The notes beneath the pieces were generated by a model. The model was not told the DNA's origin. It did no database searches and saw nothing but the letters and a program-made list of their open reading frames with translations. Shown here piece after piece: positions 1 to 7,900 of a stretch of 20,000 nt of DNA. Each line of letters begins with the position of its first letter. Position 1 is the stretch's first letter. The stretch lies in the IMG/VR virus record IMGVR_UViG_3300006213_000874; one strand, written 5' to 3'. The position numbers were made by a program, and so were the translations under genes. Source of the DNA: an uncultured virus (IMG/VR IMGVR_UViG_3300006213_000874) (Duplodnaviria > Heunggongvirae > Uroviricota > Caudoviricetes).

Positions 1-1
1 C

Positions 2-79
2 AAGGAAGTGAGTAAAGGGGAAACTTCATATTATACAACTGTTACAAGGACTTGCGCGGATTGCGGTTCTGCATTTTGA
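2..79 (+). CDS. 3' end of an upstream ORF (partial), ending in a CxxC motif
   Basis: Frame 2 reads KEVSKGETSYYTTVTRTCADCGSAF* with TGA at 77-79; the start lies outside the window. Confidence 0.4.
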   Translation, partial: KEVSKGETSYYTTVTRTCADCGSAF

Positions 80-146
80 TCATATTCTCATGTTGACAGG
101 AGTTTATCTTGGATGTTTGTTGTGAGGTTTTTAACATCAATATTGA

Positions 147-175
147 ATGACAAATAAAATATGCTGTGATATAAT
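147..175 (+). promoter_or_regulatory. SigA-type promoter for the 205..783 gene
   Basis: ATGACA (147-152), 17-bp spacer, TATAAT (170-175), with extended -10 TG at 167-168; RBS AAAGGAGG at 188-195. Confidence 0.65.
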
Positions 176-204
176 GAATGAAAATGCAAAGGAGGATTTT
201 ATCA

Positions 205-783
205 ATGAAATCAAAAACAAAGAAATTTCTTTCCGCAATTTTAACCCTGGCCGTTTTGTTTTCCGCGCTTATTCCGATTCATGCACGGGCGGCGAAAGAA
301 GATGGAAGCAAAAAGAATCCGTATTCTGCATACAAGTCATGCAAAACGGAAGTGTATGGCGCTTCGTATGCGGGAAAGTTTAAGATCAGGCTTGTTGATT
401 ATAAAGACGGAAAAGAAGCGCTGAAATTTCTAAAAGAAAACGGGGTCAAAAAGAACCCGGGGAAGTCAAAGGAATATGTATACCTGAAATTCAAAATCAA
501 ATGCATATCAGCCGATGAAGAAGTTCCGGCAGACTTGATTTTGAATGAATATTCGAGTTTCTTTGACTCAAAATGCAAGAAACAGTTAAAAGCAGAATTG
601 ATTCCGGTTGGCGATGGGAACAAAGAACTTTCATATAATACGATGATTTCGCCCGGCGAAACTGTTATTTGCTCAATTGCACTTTCGGTTAAATCTGGAA
701 GCACGCCGATTACATACAGAATTTCAGCCGGATATGATGAAGATTATAATGAAATAGAGAAATGGTTTACAACAAAGAAGTAA
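205..783 (+). CDS. Exported protein with signal peptide, likely beta-sandwich fold (accessory/moron gene)
   Basis: ATG 205 follows AAAGGAGG; N-terminus MKSKTKKFLSAILTLAVLFSALIPIHARA is a basic-hydrophobic-AxA signal peptide; has its own promoter and terminator. Confidence 0.8.
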   Translation: MKSKTKKFLSAILTLAVLFSALIPIHARAAKEDGSKKNPYSAYKSCKTEVYGASYAGKFKIRLVDYKDGKEALKFLKENGVKKNPGKSKEYVYLKFKIKCISADEEVPADLILNEYSSFFDSKCKKQLKAELIPVGDGNKELSYNTMISPGETVICSIALSVKSGSTPITYRISAGYDEDYNEIEKWFTTKK

Positions 784-813
784 TAAGCGATTGGATTCTT
801 TGTAAATTAATTT

Positions 814-840
814 GGCGGGGAGAAAACCCCGCCGTCTTTA
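814..840 (+). terminator. Intrinsic terminator hairpin
   Basis: GGCGGGG-AGAAAA-CCCCGCC (814-833) followed by GTCTTTA, 30 bp after the stop at 783. Confidence 0.65.
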
Positions 841-921
841 TAAATTTTATTTTGCAACATTAAATGAATATCTTTTTCTTTGTTGTACAACAGAAACAAA
901 CTATAAAGGAGAAGCTCTAAA

Positions 922-2100
922 ATGAACAAAAAATTTTACGAAAGAACATGGTTTGTCGTGATGTGCTGCATAATCTTTCCGCCTGCCGGAATATTTCTGA
1001 TATGGAAAAACAAAAAGCCAGACAGGAAAAACTCCAGAATCTTTATCAGCGCGATTCTTTGCTTGTGGACGTTGGCTATTGTTATGGGCGGTTCGGATGG
1101 AGAAAATTTGTCTAACGAAAGCAGAGAACAGCAAGAAGAAACCACAAAGACCGAAGCAGAAAACGAGAAAAGCGACAGACAGGAAGTAAAAGAAAAAGGC
1201 AAAAAGGCAAGGGAAAACAGGGGCAGAAAGGCAAAAAAAGAAAAGCCGAACAAAAAATTAAAGCGCGCAATAGAATCTATCGGAATGGACTATTCGCGTG
1301 TAAAGAATATAAAGAATCTAAGCGACTGGTCGTCTGGCAAACGATATAGTTTCGTATATGACGGATTCAGATACATAGTATATGAACTTGGGAACGGCGA
1401 GATAGAATCCGTAAATACAGACGTTAAAAGGGCAAAAATTTACGAGAGAGGATATAAGTCGCTAAACTATAAAGATTTTGAGCCAGATGCAAACGTTGTA
1501 GAACCCTTGCAGACAGATGCTATTGAAAGGCTTTCTAAATACATCAAGGGAGAAACTTCCATAAAAAGCAAAATAGGCTCAATGATGTATTCCAGAATAT
1601 ATGATTACTATTCGATTTCTGGGGAAGTTAAGGCGAAAAATGCTGTCAGTAAAAAGGATTTTACTTTTACGGTTGACTATATCGTAAAAAACGGAAGTTA
1701 TGAGTGCGTGTATTTGGCGATTGACGGAGAGGTTGCTTTTGGTTCAGACCAGACACCAGAACTTCCTAAAGAGGAATTGGAGCAGGAGGACAGTTCGAAA
1801 AACGCAGAATCAATCATACTATCCGATGGGAAAGAGGGGAAATACGGTCAATACGATTCGTTTGACGGAGAACCATATTTGAGGTATCATGTTCCGGTTG
1901 GAAATTATAAGGTCAAGTGCAATATTCGAGGCGGATTTTACATTGAAACCATTGAACTTCACAAAGAAGATGGATGGGACACAGCAACCACTATACAGCA
2001 GATAAATATGTCAGAGGGAGAAGTAACGGAGATTGTAATAGAGGACGGTCAGTGCATTAGCCTTATTATAAACACAGAGATAGAACTGATTAAACAATAA
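922..2100 (+). CDS. Membrane-anchored surface protein: two N-terminal TM helices, charged linker, extracellular domains (accessory gene)
   Basis: RBS AAAGGAG before ATG 922; N-terminus KKFYERTWFVVMCCIIFPPAGIFLIWK...IFISAILCLWTLAIVMG, then a Glu/Lys-rich linker; 392 aa. Confidence 0.85.
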   Translation: MNKKFYERTWFVVMCCIIFPPAGIFLIWKNKKPDRKNSRIFISAILCLWTLAIVMGGSDGENLSNESREQQEETTKTEAENEKSDRQEVKEKGKKARENRGRKAKKEKPNKKLKRAIESIGMDYSRVKNIKNLSDWSSGKRYSFVYDGFRYIVYELGNGEIESVNTDVKRAKIYERGYKSLNYKDFEPDANVVEPLQTDAIERLSKYIKGETSIKSKIGSMMYSRIYDYYSISGEVKAKNAVSKKDFTFTVDYIVKNGSYECVYLAIDGEVAFGSDQTPELPKEELEQEDSSKNAESIILSDGKEGKYGQYDSFDGEPYLRYHVPVGNYKVKCNIRGGFYIETIELHKEDGWDTATTIQQINMSEGEVTEIVIEDGQCISLIINTEIELIKQ

Positions 2101-2108
2101 GATGCATT

Positions 2109-2140
2109 AAGGGATAGCGATTTTGCTGTCCCTTTTAAAA
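2109..2140 (+). terminator. Intrinsic terminator
   Basis: AAGGGATAGC / GCTGTCCCTT stem (one G-U pair) followed by T-rich sequence, just after the stop at 2100. Confidence 0.7.
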
Positions 2141-2155
2141 TTTTTAATTTTCCTC

Positions 2156-2198
2156 TTGACTTTTGTTTAAACAGATGTTATATTTTGTTTATACAAAA
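2156..2198 (+). promoter_or_regulatory. SigA promoter overlapped by two palindromic operator-like sites
   Basis: TTGACT (2156-2161), 17 bp, TGnTATATT (-10 at 2179-2184); palindrome TGTTTAAACA at 2164-2173 and near-palindrome TTTTGTTTATACAAAA at 2183-2198. Confidence 0.75.
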
Positions 2199-2214
2199 GA
2201 AAGGAGATGATAAG

Positions 2215-2391
2215 TTGTCGCCTAGAACTGGCAGACCAACAAACAATCCCAAAGAAAATTATACAGGGATTAGGTTATCTGACGATGAACTTAAAAAGTT
2301 GAAGTTTTGCATGGAAAAAACTGGAATGACAAAAACAGGCGTGATACGTGCGGGGATTGAACTTGTTTATGAACAGATAACAAAGAAATAA
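2215..2391 (+). CDS. Small ribbon-helix-helix (Arc/CopG-like) DNA-binding protein
   Basis: RBS AAAGGAG then TTG 2215; MSPRTGRPTNNPK..TGIRLSDDELKKLKFCMEKTGMTKTGVIRAGIELVY gives a GRP arm plus strand-helix-helix pattern; 58 aa. Confidence 0.75.
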   Translation: MSPRTGRPTNNPKENYTGIRLSDDELKKLKFCMEKTGMTKTGVIRAGIELVYEQITKK

Positions 2392-2453
2392 AGCGGTAAC
2401 GCTCCGACCAAAGAACATACCGCTTTAAACCAAAACTCCCATAAGAAGCTGAC
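2380..2453 (-). ncRNA. Candidate ~70-nt antisense RNA in the antirepressor leader (Sar-like)
   Basis: Lies between a minus-strand promoter (2488-2460) and a 10-bp hairpin (2389-2398 / 2418-2427) followed by a U-rich tail on the minus strand. Ends are estimates. Confidence 0.45.
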
Positions 2454-2459
2454 GCATAC

Positions 2460-2488
2460 AGTATAACAGCCTCTTGTGGGAATGTCAA
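2460..2488 (-). promoter_or_regulatory. Antisense SigA promoter
   Basis: Minus strand reads TTGACA-ttcccacaagaggctgt(17 bp)-TATACT with extended -10 TG. Confidence 0.7.
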
Positions 2489-2511
2489 ACATTTTCATAG
2501 GAGGTTTTTAT

Positions 2512-3123
2512 ATGGATGATTTAATGATTAAAAATGTGGATGTATTTGGCGATAGCATAATGGCTGTAAAAGACAAAGACGGGAACATATGGGCCGGTGT
2601 TAGCTACTTTTGTCGTGCGCTTGGAATGGATAAAAAGCAGAAAGACAATCAGGTAGAGAGAGTGCAGCAAGACGACGTATTAAAGAGGGGTGCCGGTAAA
2701 TTTCCGGCAGGGGTATTCGACCCAGCAAATGAAGCAGTTGCGCTTCGCATTGACTTCGTTCCAATATGGCTTACAAAAATTAGAATAACTCCAAAAATGA
2801 AAAATGAACGCCCGGAACTTGCGGAGAAACTACTGAATTACCAATTGAAAGCCAAAGACATCCTTGCCGACGCTTTCCTCCCAAACAGGGAGCCGGAACA
2901 AACCCAGGTATGCAATCCATCCGAAATCCAGTTAGGAGAACTTGCAAGCTATCTTAAAATCATGGACAAGGTAGCGAACCGCCAGAATCTCGCATCTTAT
3001 AAGATTGCAGAGAACTTCAAGAGAGTGTCGGAGCAGTTCGGCGTACAGCTTTCAGATGATTTTGTGAACGTGCCGGAATATGTGCAGCAGACCCTTAAAC
3101 TTGAGGGAGGTGCGGCAAAATGA
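2512..3123 (+). CDS. Phage antirepressor with a P22 Ant N-terminal-like domain
   Basis: RBS AGGAGG before ATG 2512; IKNVDVFGDSIMAVK..IWAGVSYFCRALGM..Q..RVQQDDVL...LRIDFVPIWLTKI...LLNYQLKAKDILADAF matches the P22_AR_N pattern from memory. Confidence 0.75.
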   Translation: MDDLMIKNVDVFGDSIMAVKDKDGNIWAGVSYFCRALGMDKKQKDNQVERVQQDDVLKRGAGKFPAGVFDPANEAVALRIDFVPIWLTKIRITPKMKNERPELAEKLLNYQLKAKDILADAFLPNREPEQTQVCNPSEIQLGELASYLKIMDKVANRQNLASYKIAENFKRVSEQFGVQLSDDFVNVPEYVQQTLKLEGGAAK

Positions 3124-3299
3124 CCGAAAAACAGAAAAAGGAATACGCAGACGCTCTGAAAGACAGAACAAAGGAGTTTTTAGACCGCATAGGCACTGAC
3201 GACGATGAGGGGCAGCGCATTATCAAGCTGATTTACTTCTTTGCCCGCAGCGGATTTAAGGAGTATGGGGCTGGAAGAAAGGCGGTGCAGCATGAGTAA
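3120..3299 (+). CDS. Small hypothetical protein, 59 aa (not in the ORF track)
   Basis: ATGA overlap with the antirepressor stop, RBS GGAGGTG; MTEKQKKEYADALKDRTKEFLDRIGTDDDEGQRIIKLIYFFARSGFKEYGAGRKAVQHE*. Confidence 0.7.
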   Translation: MTEKQKKEYADALKDRTKEFLDRIGTDDDEGQRIIKLIYFFARSGFKEYGAGRKAVQHE

Positions 3300-3540
3300 A
3301 ATCAAAGAAACCATAACCGCCGTGTCTGCCGGGAATGAACCGGGAGCGGTCAGGATCAAGAGAGAAGAACAAGAACGGATGCCAGAATGGTATTTTGCTA
3401 CGGCTATGAAATGCGCTGTTGTAATCGCCGCGATAGCTGCCGCAACTGCAATTATCATATTTGCAGACTTATGGAAAGTTCTTGCTTTGATTGTAGCTGG
3501 GATTTTTTATACTTTGATTTACTTTGCGTTGCAGAATTAG
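3292..3540 (+). CDS. Small membrane protein with two C-terminal TM helices
   Basis: RBS AAGGCGGTG, ATG 3292 overlaps the upstream gene end; hydrophobic CAVVIAAIAAATAIIIFADLWKVLALIVAGIFYTLIYFAL. Confidence 0.65.
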   Translation: MSKIKETITAVSAGNEPGAVRIKREEQERMPEWYFATAMKCAVVIAAIAAATAIIIFADLWKVLALIVAGIFYTLIYFALQN

Positions 3541-3547
3541 GGGGGGG

Positions 3548-3718
3548 GTGCACAGAGCGAAACAAATAGAGAGCGAACATACAATGAAATGGAGAAAAGA
3601 GCAGATTAAGAATATGGTGTATGGGATGAACGCAAACTGTTGCGTCATAAACATGATATACGGATTTGCCAGAAAATGTTTTGAGATATCCAGAGAAAAG
3701 GCAAAAGAAAAATTATAA
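3548..3718 (+). CDS. Small hypothetical protein, likely paralogue of 3120..3299; start uncertain (GTG 3548 or ATG 3584)
   Basis: VINMIYGFARKCFE resembles IIKLIYFFARSGFK of the 3120 ORF; ends just before a terminator. Confidence 0.55.
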   Translation: MHRAKQIESEHTMKWRKEQIKNMVYGMNANCCVINMIYGFARKCFEISREKAKEKL

Positions 3719-3733
3719 AGTGGTTATTGCAAA

Positions 3734-3763
3734 AGGCGTCTTCTTGGGAAGACGTCTTTTTTA
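3734..3763 (+). terminator. Intrinsic terminator
   Basis: AGGCGTCTTC-TTGG-GAAGACGTCT followed by a T run. Confidence 0.8.
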
Positions 3764-3812
3764 TGCCCATTTTTAAATTATCGAAATAAAAATCATAGAG
3801 GAGGAAAATGAT

Positions 3813-4460
3813 ATGTTGGTAGAAATGAGGAAGCTCAACAAAAGAGAAATCAATGTTGTCACAAGCCTTGATGTGGCTGAAACATTTGAAAAGGAACATA
3901 AGAACGTATTGAGGGATATAAGAGAATTACCTTGTAGCGAAGAATTTCGACTGCTCAATTTTGTGCCGTCGGAATATCTAAATCAGCAGAACCACAAGCA
4001 GCCAATGTATTACATTACAAGAGACGGATTTACTCTTTTAGTCATGGGTTACACCGGCGAAAAGGCTATGAAATTTAAGGAGGCTTACATAAGACAGTTC
4101 AATGCTATGGAGGCTACACTGCAAGGAAAGCTGATTGAGCGAGAAAAAGGAATCGTAGTCCGGCAAGCATTTACGAAAGCGTTAAAAGAAAGCGGAGAGA
4201 ACGAAAGAACGCACGGACACGCTTATTCGCTTTACACGGACTTGATTTACAAGGCAGTTTTCGGGAAGAACGCCAAACAGCTAAGAGAGGAATATGGAAT
4301 AGCAAAACAGGACAATCTAATAGATTGCTTTGCCCAGGAAGAACTCGCAAAGGTAAAATCTGTTGAAATGGTTGTCAGCGGTCTTGTAGATTGTGGTTGG
4401 GGATATGATGATGTGAAGGGTTTTATAACCAACAGCACAAGAAAGTTGATTGCAGCTTAA
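3813..4460 (+). CDS. rha: Rha-family phage regulatory protein
   Basis: Signature VTSLDVAETFEKEHKNVLRDI...PMYYITRDGFTLLVMGYTGEKAMKFKEAYIRQFNAME; RBS GAGGAGG. Confidence 0.9.
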   Translation: MLVEMRKLNKREINVVTSLDVAETFEKEHKNVLRDIRELPCSEEFRLLNFVPSEYLNQQNHKQPMYYITRDGFTLLVMGYTGEKAMKFKEAYIRQFNAMEATLQGKLIEREKGIVVRQAFTKALKESGENERTHGHAYSLYTDLIYKAVFGKNAKQLREEYGIAKQDNLIDCFAQEELAKVKSVEMVVSGLVDCGWGYDDVKGFITNSTRKLIAA

Positions 4461-4523
4461 TATATAATATTGAAAAAAGGATTCTTTTTTTGCGCCCATT
4501 TTTAAAAATCGGAGGTATTGACC

Positions 4524-4655
4524 ATGAAAAGTGAAAGAAAAAATAAAGAAGAACGACTTGAGGATGCATTGCTGGAATACATTGAACGCCACGACAAAGA
4601 TGCGCGGCCAGACACATTAGAAACAATCCCGGCTGCGGCAATGGCGTTTGTTTAG
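4524..4655 (+). CDS. Small hypothetical protein, 43 aa (not in the ORF track)
   Basis: RBS GGAGGT then ATG 4524; MKSERKNKEERLEDALLEYIERHDKDARPDTLETIPAAAMAFV*. Confidence 0.55.
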   Translation: MKSERKNKEERLEDALLEYIERHDKDARPDTLETIPAAAMAFV

Positions 4656-4665
4656 CTTTGGAAAA

Positions 4666-4830
4666 TTATTTAGTTTTCTGCTCGTTTAATTCAGATAATT
4701 TGTCATAGACATTTTGCATAAATTTTGCCACGTCTTTTCTGTTTTGGTCATTTGCTGCATGTGGCCAGCTTTGCGGTTTTGCGACGGTAATGTCCTTGAC
4801 ATATTCGAGCAATACAGAATTATCAATCAC
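4666..4830 (-). CDS. Small reverse-strand helical protein, 54 aa
   Basis: Minus strand: extended -10 TGTGGTATAAT, RBS AAAGGAGGTGA, GTG start at 4830; MIDNSVLLEYVKDITVAK...VAKFMQNVYDKLSEL. Confidence 0.7.
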   Translation of the reverse strand: MIDNSVLLEYVKDITVAKPQSWPHAANDQNRKDVAKFMQNVYDKLSELNEQKTK

Positions 4831-4873
4831 GGTATCACCTCCTTTGGGAGAATTATACCACAAACAACAGGTA

Positions 4874-4900
4874 AGCACCCAATCTATGGGTGCTATTTTT
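4874..4900 (+). terminator. Intrinsic terminator immediately upstream of the tape measure gene
   Basis: AGCACCCA-ATCTA-TGGGTGCT followed by ATTTTT. Confidence 0.7.
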
Positions 4901-4927
4901 ATTATGCTTTGTAAAGGCGGTGAAGGC

Positions 4928-7900
4928 ATGGCAGAAATAGATTCCCTTGAGATTCAAATAACAGCGAGCAGCAGAGCGGCGGCAACGGCAATAGATGCGC
5001 TCAACAGAAAGCTTGGGACGCTTGCAAACTCCCTTAATTTTGATGCGCCTGGTCTGGAAAAACTGGATAAAATCCACGGAGACAACATAAAAAACCTTGG
5101 AACAGGTCTAAACGCACTCGGAAAAGGACTGCAAAGCATACAGTCCATCCGAAGGATAGATTTCGGAAAAATTGCAACCGATGTGCGAAGGCTGTCAAAC
5201 ATCCAGTCCGGGAATCTCCAAACACTCGGAAACGCTATGCGCCCGCTTGCAGATGGAATCAATGCGCTGTCAAAAGCAAAGGTTGACAATTCCAACCTTA
5301 CCAATCTGATAAACAGCCTTACAAGACTGTCAAATGCGAACCTAAGCAACCTTAACGGGGCAAACTTCACGCAGCTTGGAACTTCCATAAAGGATTTTGC
5401 AAATGCCGTATCGGGCGCAAACAAGGTGGAGCAATCCACAATCGCTATGACAAACGCGGTTGCAAAGCTGGCAGCAGCCGGAAAAAACATAGGAAAAGTC
5501 ACCGGAGCATTGCCGCACCTTGCAAACAGCCTGAAAGCCTTTATGAACACCATGCATGAAGCGCCGCAGGTAGCAAATGAGACAATCACATTTGCACAGG
5601 CAATCGGGACACTGGCAAGTGCAGGGGACAAAACCAAGGCAACCGCAAGCAATTTAAAACAGCTTGGTACGGAACTGAAAAACTTTATGCAGACCATGTC
5701 CGCGGCACCGAATGTCAGCGACAGTGTTATCAGAATGACAACCGCACTTTCTGGACTTGTTAATCAGGGCGGGAGGGTGACGCTTTCGTCAAACTCCCTA
5801 AGCAGCAGCTTTAGCCGGGTATCTGGAATGTCTGGAAGGCTCAGGACAAACTTTCGGAATCTGACAGGCTCCATGTCCGGTCTGAGCGGAGCGACCTCAA
5901 AAACGGCGTCCAGCCTTAAAGGATTTTTACGGCAGCTCATGTCAGCAACCGGTGTGTATTTCAGCATATACGGCGCAATCCGGGGACTGAAATCTGCAAT
6001 CGATATTTCGTCCGACCTGACAGAAGTACAGAACGTTGTGGACGTGGCGTTTGGAGATATGGCATACAAAGTCGAGGAATTTGCAAAGGTTTCCGTAAAA
6101 GATTTTGGAATGTCGGAACTTACCACAAAAGAAATAGCCGGACGGTTCCAGGCAATGTCAACCGCAATCGGTGTAAGTGCAGATAAAATCGGACAGGCAA
6201 ACACGTTTTTAAGCGGGCAGACAAAAGGATATGTTGCGGTTTCCGATTCGATGGCAGACGTTTCTATTAACCTGACGAAGTTAGCCGCTGATATGGCATC
6301 GTTTTACAACGTCGAACAGACCGACGTAGCCAAAAGCCTTGAATCCATATTCACGGGAACCACGGCCCCGCTGCGAAAATATGGTCTTGACCTGACACAG
6401 GCAACTCTTTCCGAGTGGGCATTGAAACAGGGACTTGACGCTGATATAAGTTCCATGTCTCAGGCCGAAAAGACCATGCTGCGGTATCAGTATGTCCTGT
6501 CAAATACAAAAGCAGCACAGGGCGACTTCGCGCGTACAGCAGACTCGTGGGCTAATCAAACACGTGTTCTGGCACAGCAGTTTGAAATACTGGCTTCTGT
6601 AATCGGCGGCGTTTTTATTAACGCTTTTAAGCCGGTTGTCAAGACACTAAATGCCGTTATGGCAAAAGTAATATCATTTGCAAAAACCGTAGCAGACGCA
6701 CTTGGCACAATTTTCGGCTGGACATTTGAGGTAAATCCAGGCGGAATAACAAATGATTTTGGCGACATGTCATCTGGTATCGAAGATGTTGCAGACAGTG
6801 CAGGAGATGCGGCAGATAAAGTAAAAGACACGACAGACGAAGTAAAAGACCTGAAAGCGAATTTGCAGGGAATTGATAAGCTACATGTCATAAGCCTTGA
6901 TAAAGACAAAGACAAAGGAAAGGACAAGGGAACCGGAAAAGACAAGGACAAGGGAGACGGAATTGGCGGAATAGGCGGCTTAGATACAAACCTGTTTGAA
7001 ACCAAGAGTGTATTGAAAAAATATAAAAGCAGCATTGACACACTGTACAAACTGGGAGAGTACATAGGAAAAACTCTGACAAAAGCATTAAACAGCATAA
7101 ACTGGGATAAAGTATACGCTGCGGCAGACAATTTCGGGATTGGTCTGGCGCAGTTTTTAAATGGGCTGATTTCGCCAGAACTGTTTGCTGCGGTTGGTCG
7201 GACGATAGCCGGGGCGTTGAATACCGCACTCCATGTGCTTGACAATTTCGGAGCAACTTTTGACTGGAAAAATCTTGGAGATTCGCTTTCTGCTGGACTG
7301 GTTGCGTTCTTGAAAGGCATTGACTGGGAAACCGCGCTGTCCGCTGCTGCAAACTGGGGAACCGGAATTGCGACGACTCTGAATAGTTTTATATCTCCAG
7401 AATCATTCGGGCTTGTCGGAGAATCAATAGCAAAGGCTTTAAACACAGCGGTGCAATTCGCGCTTAGTTTCGGACAAGAATTTGACTGGACAAATTTTGG
7501 AGAATCTCTTGCTACGGGAGTAAACGAATTCTTTAGAAACTTTAATTTTGAAAATCTGGCAGAGGCAATTAACGTGTGGGCAAAAGGAATTCTTGACACC
7601 ATGATAACATTTCTGGACAAAACAGAATGGTACATGATTGGAGAAAGAATTGGAACATTTCTTGCGGAATTAGACTTTGCAGAAATAGGAGGGAAAATCG
7701 GGCAAGCAATATGGAAAGCTATAAACGCGGGGATAGAGCTGTTTAAGGGGATGTTTTCCAAAGCACCGATAGAAGCGGCAATAATAGCCGCTTTTGCAGC
7801 ACTAAAATTAACGGGAGCAGGCTCGATTATAGCAGGAGGGATAGCAAAGGCGCTATCTTCCACGAAAGCAAAAATATCCACAGCAATAACAAAAGTGTTA

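Noticed and set aside
4790..4927. Upstream extension of the TMP ORF from ATG 4790
   Set aside because: Overlaps the minus-strand gene and a terminator; ATG 4928 has an RBS and a typical TMP N-terminus.
6898..6960. GACAA(A/G) microrepeat encoding DKDKDKGKDKGTGKDKDKG
   Set aside because: In-frame low-complexity linker within the TMP; not a CRISPR or contingency repeat.
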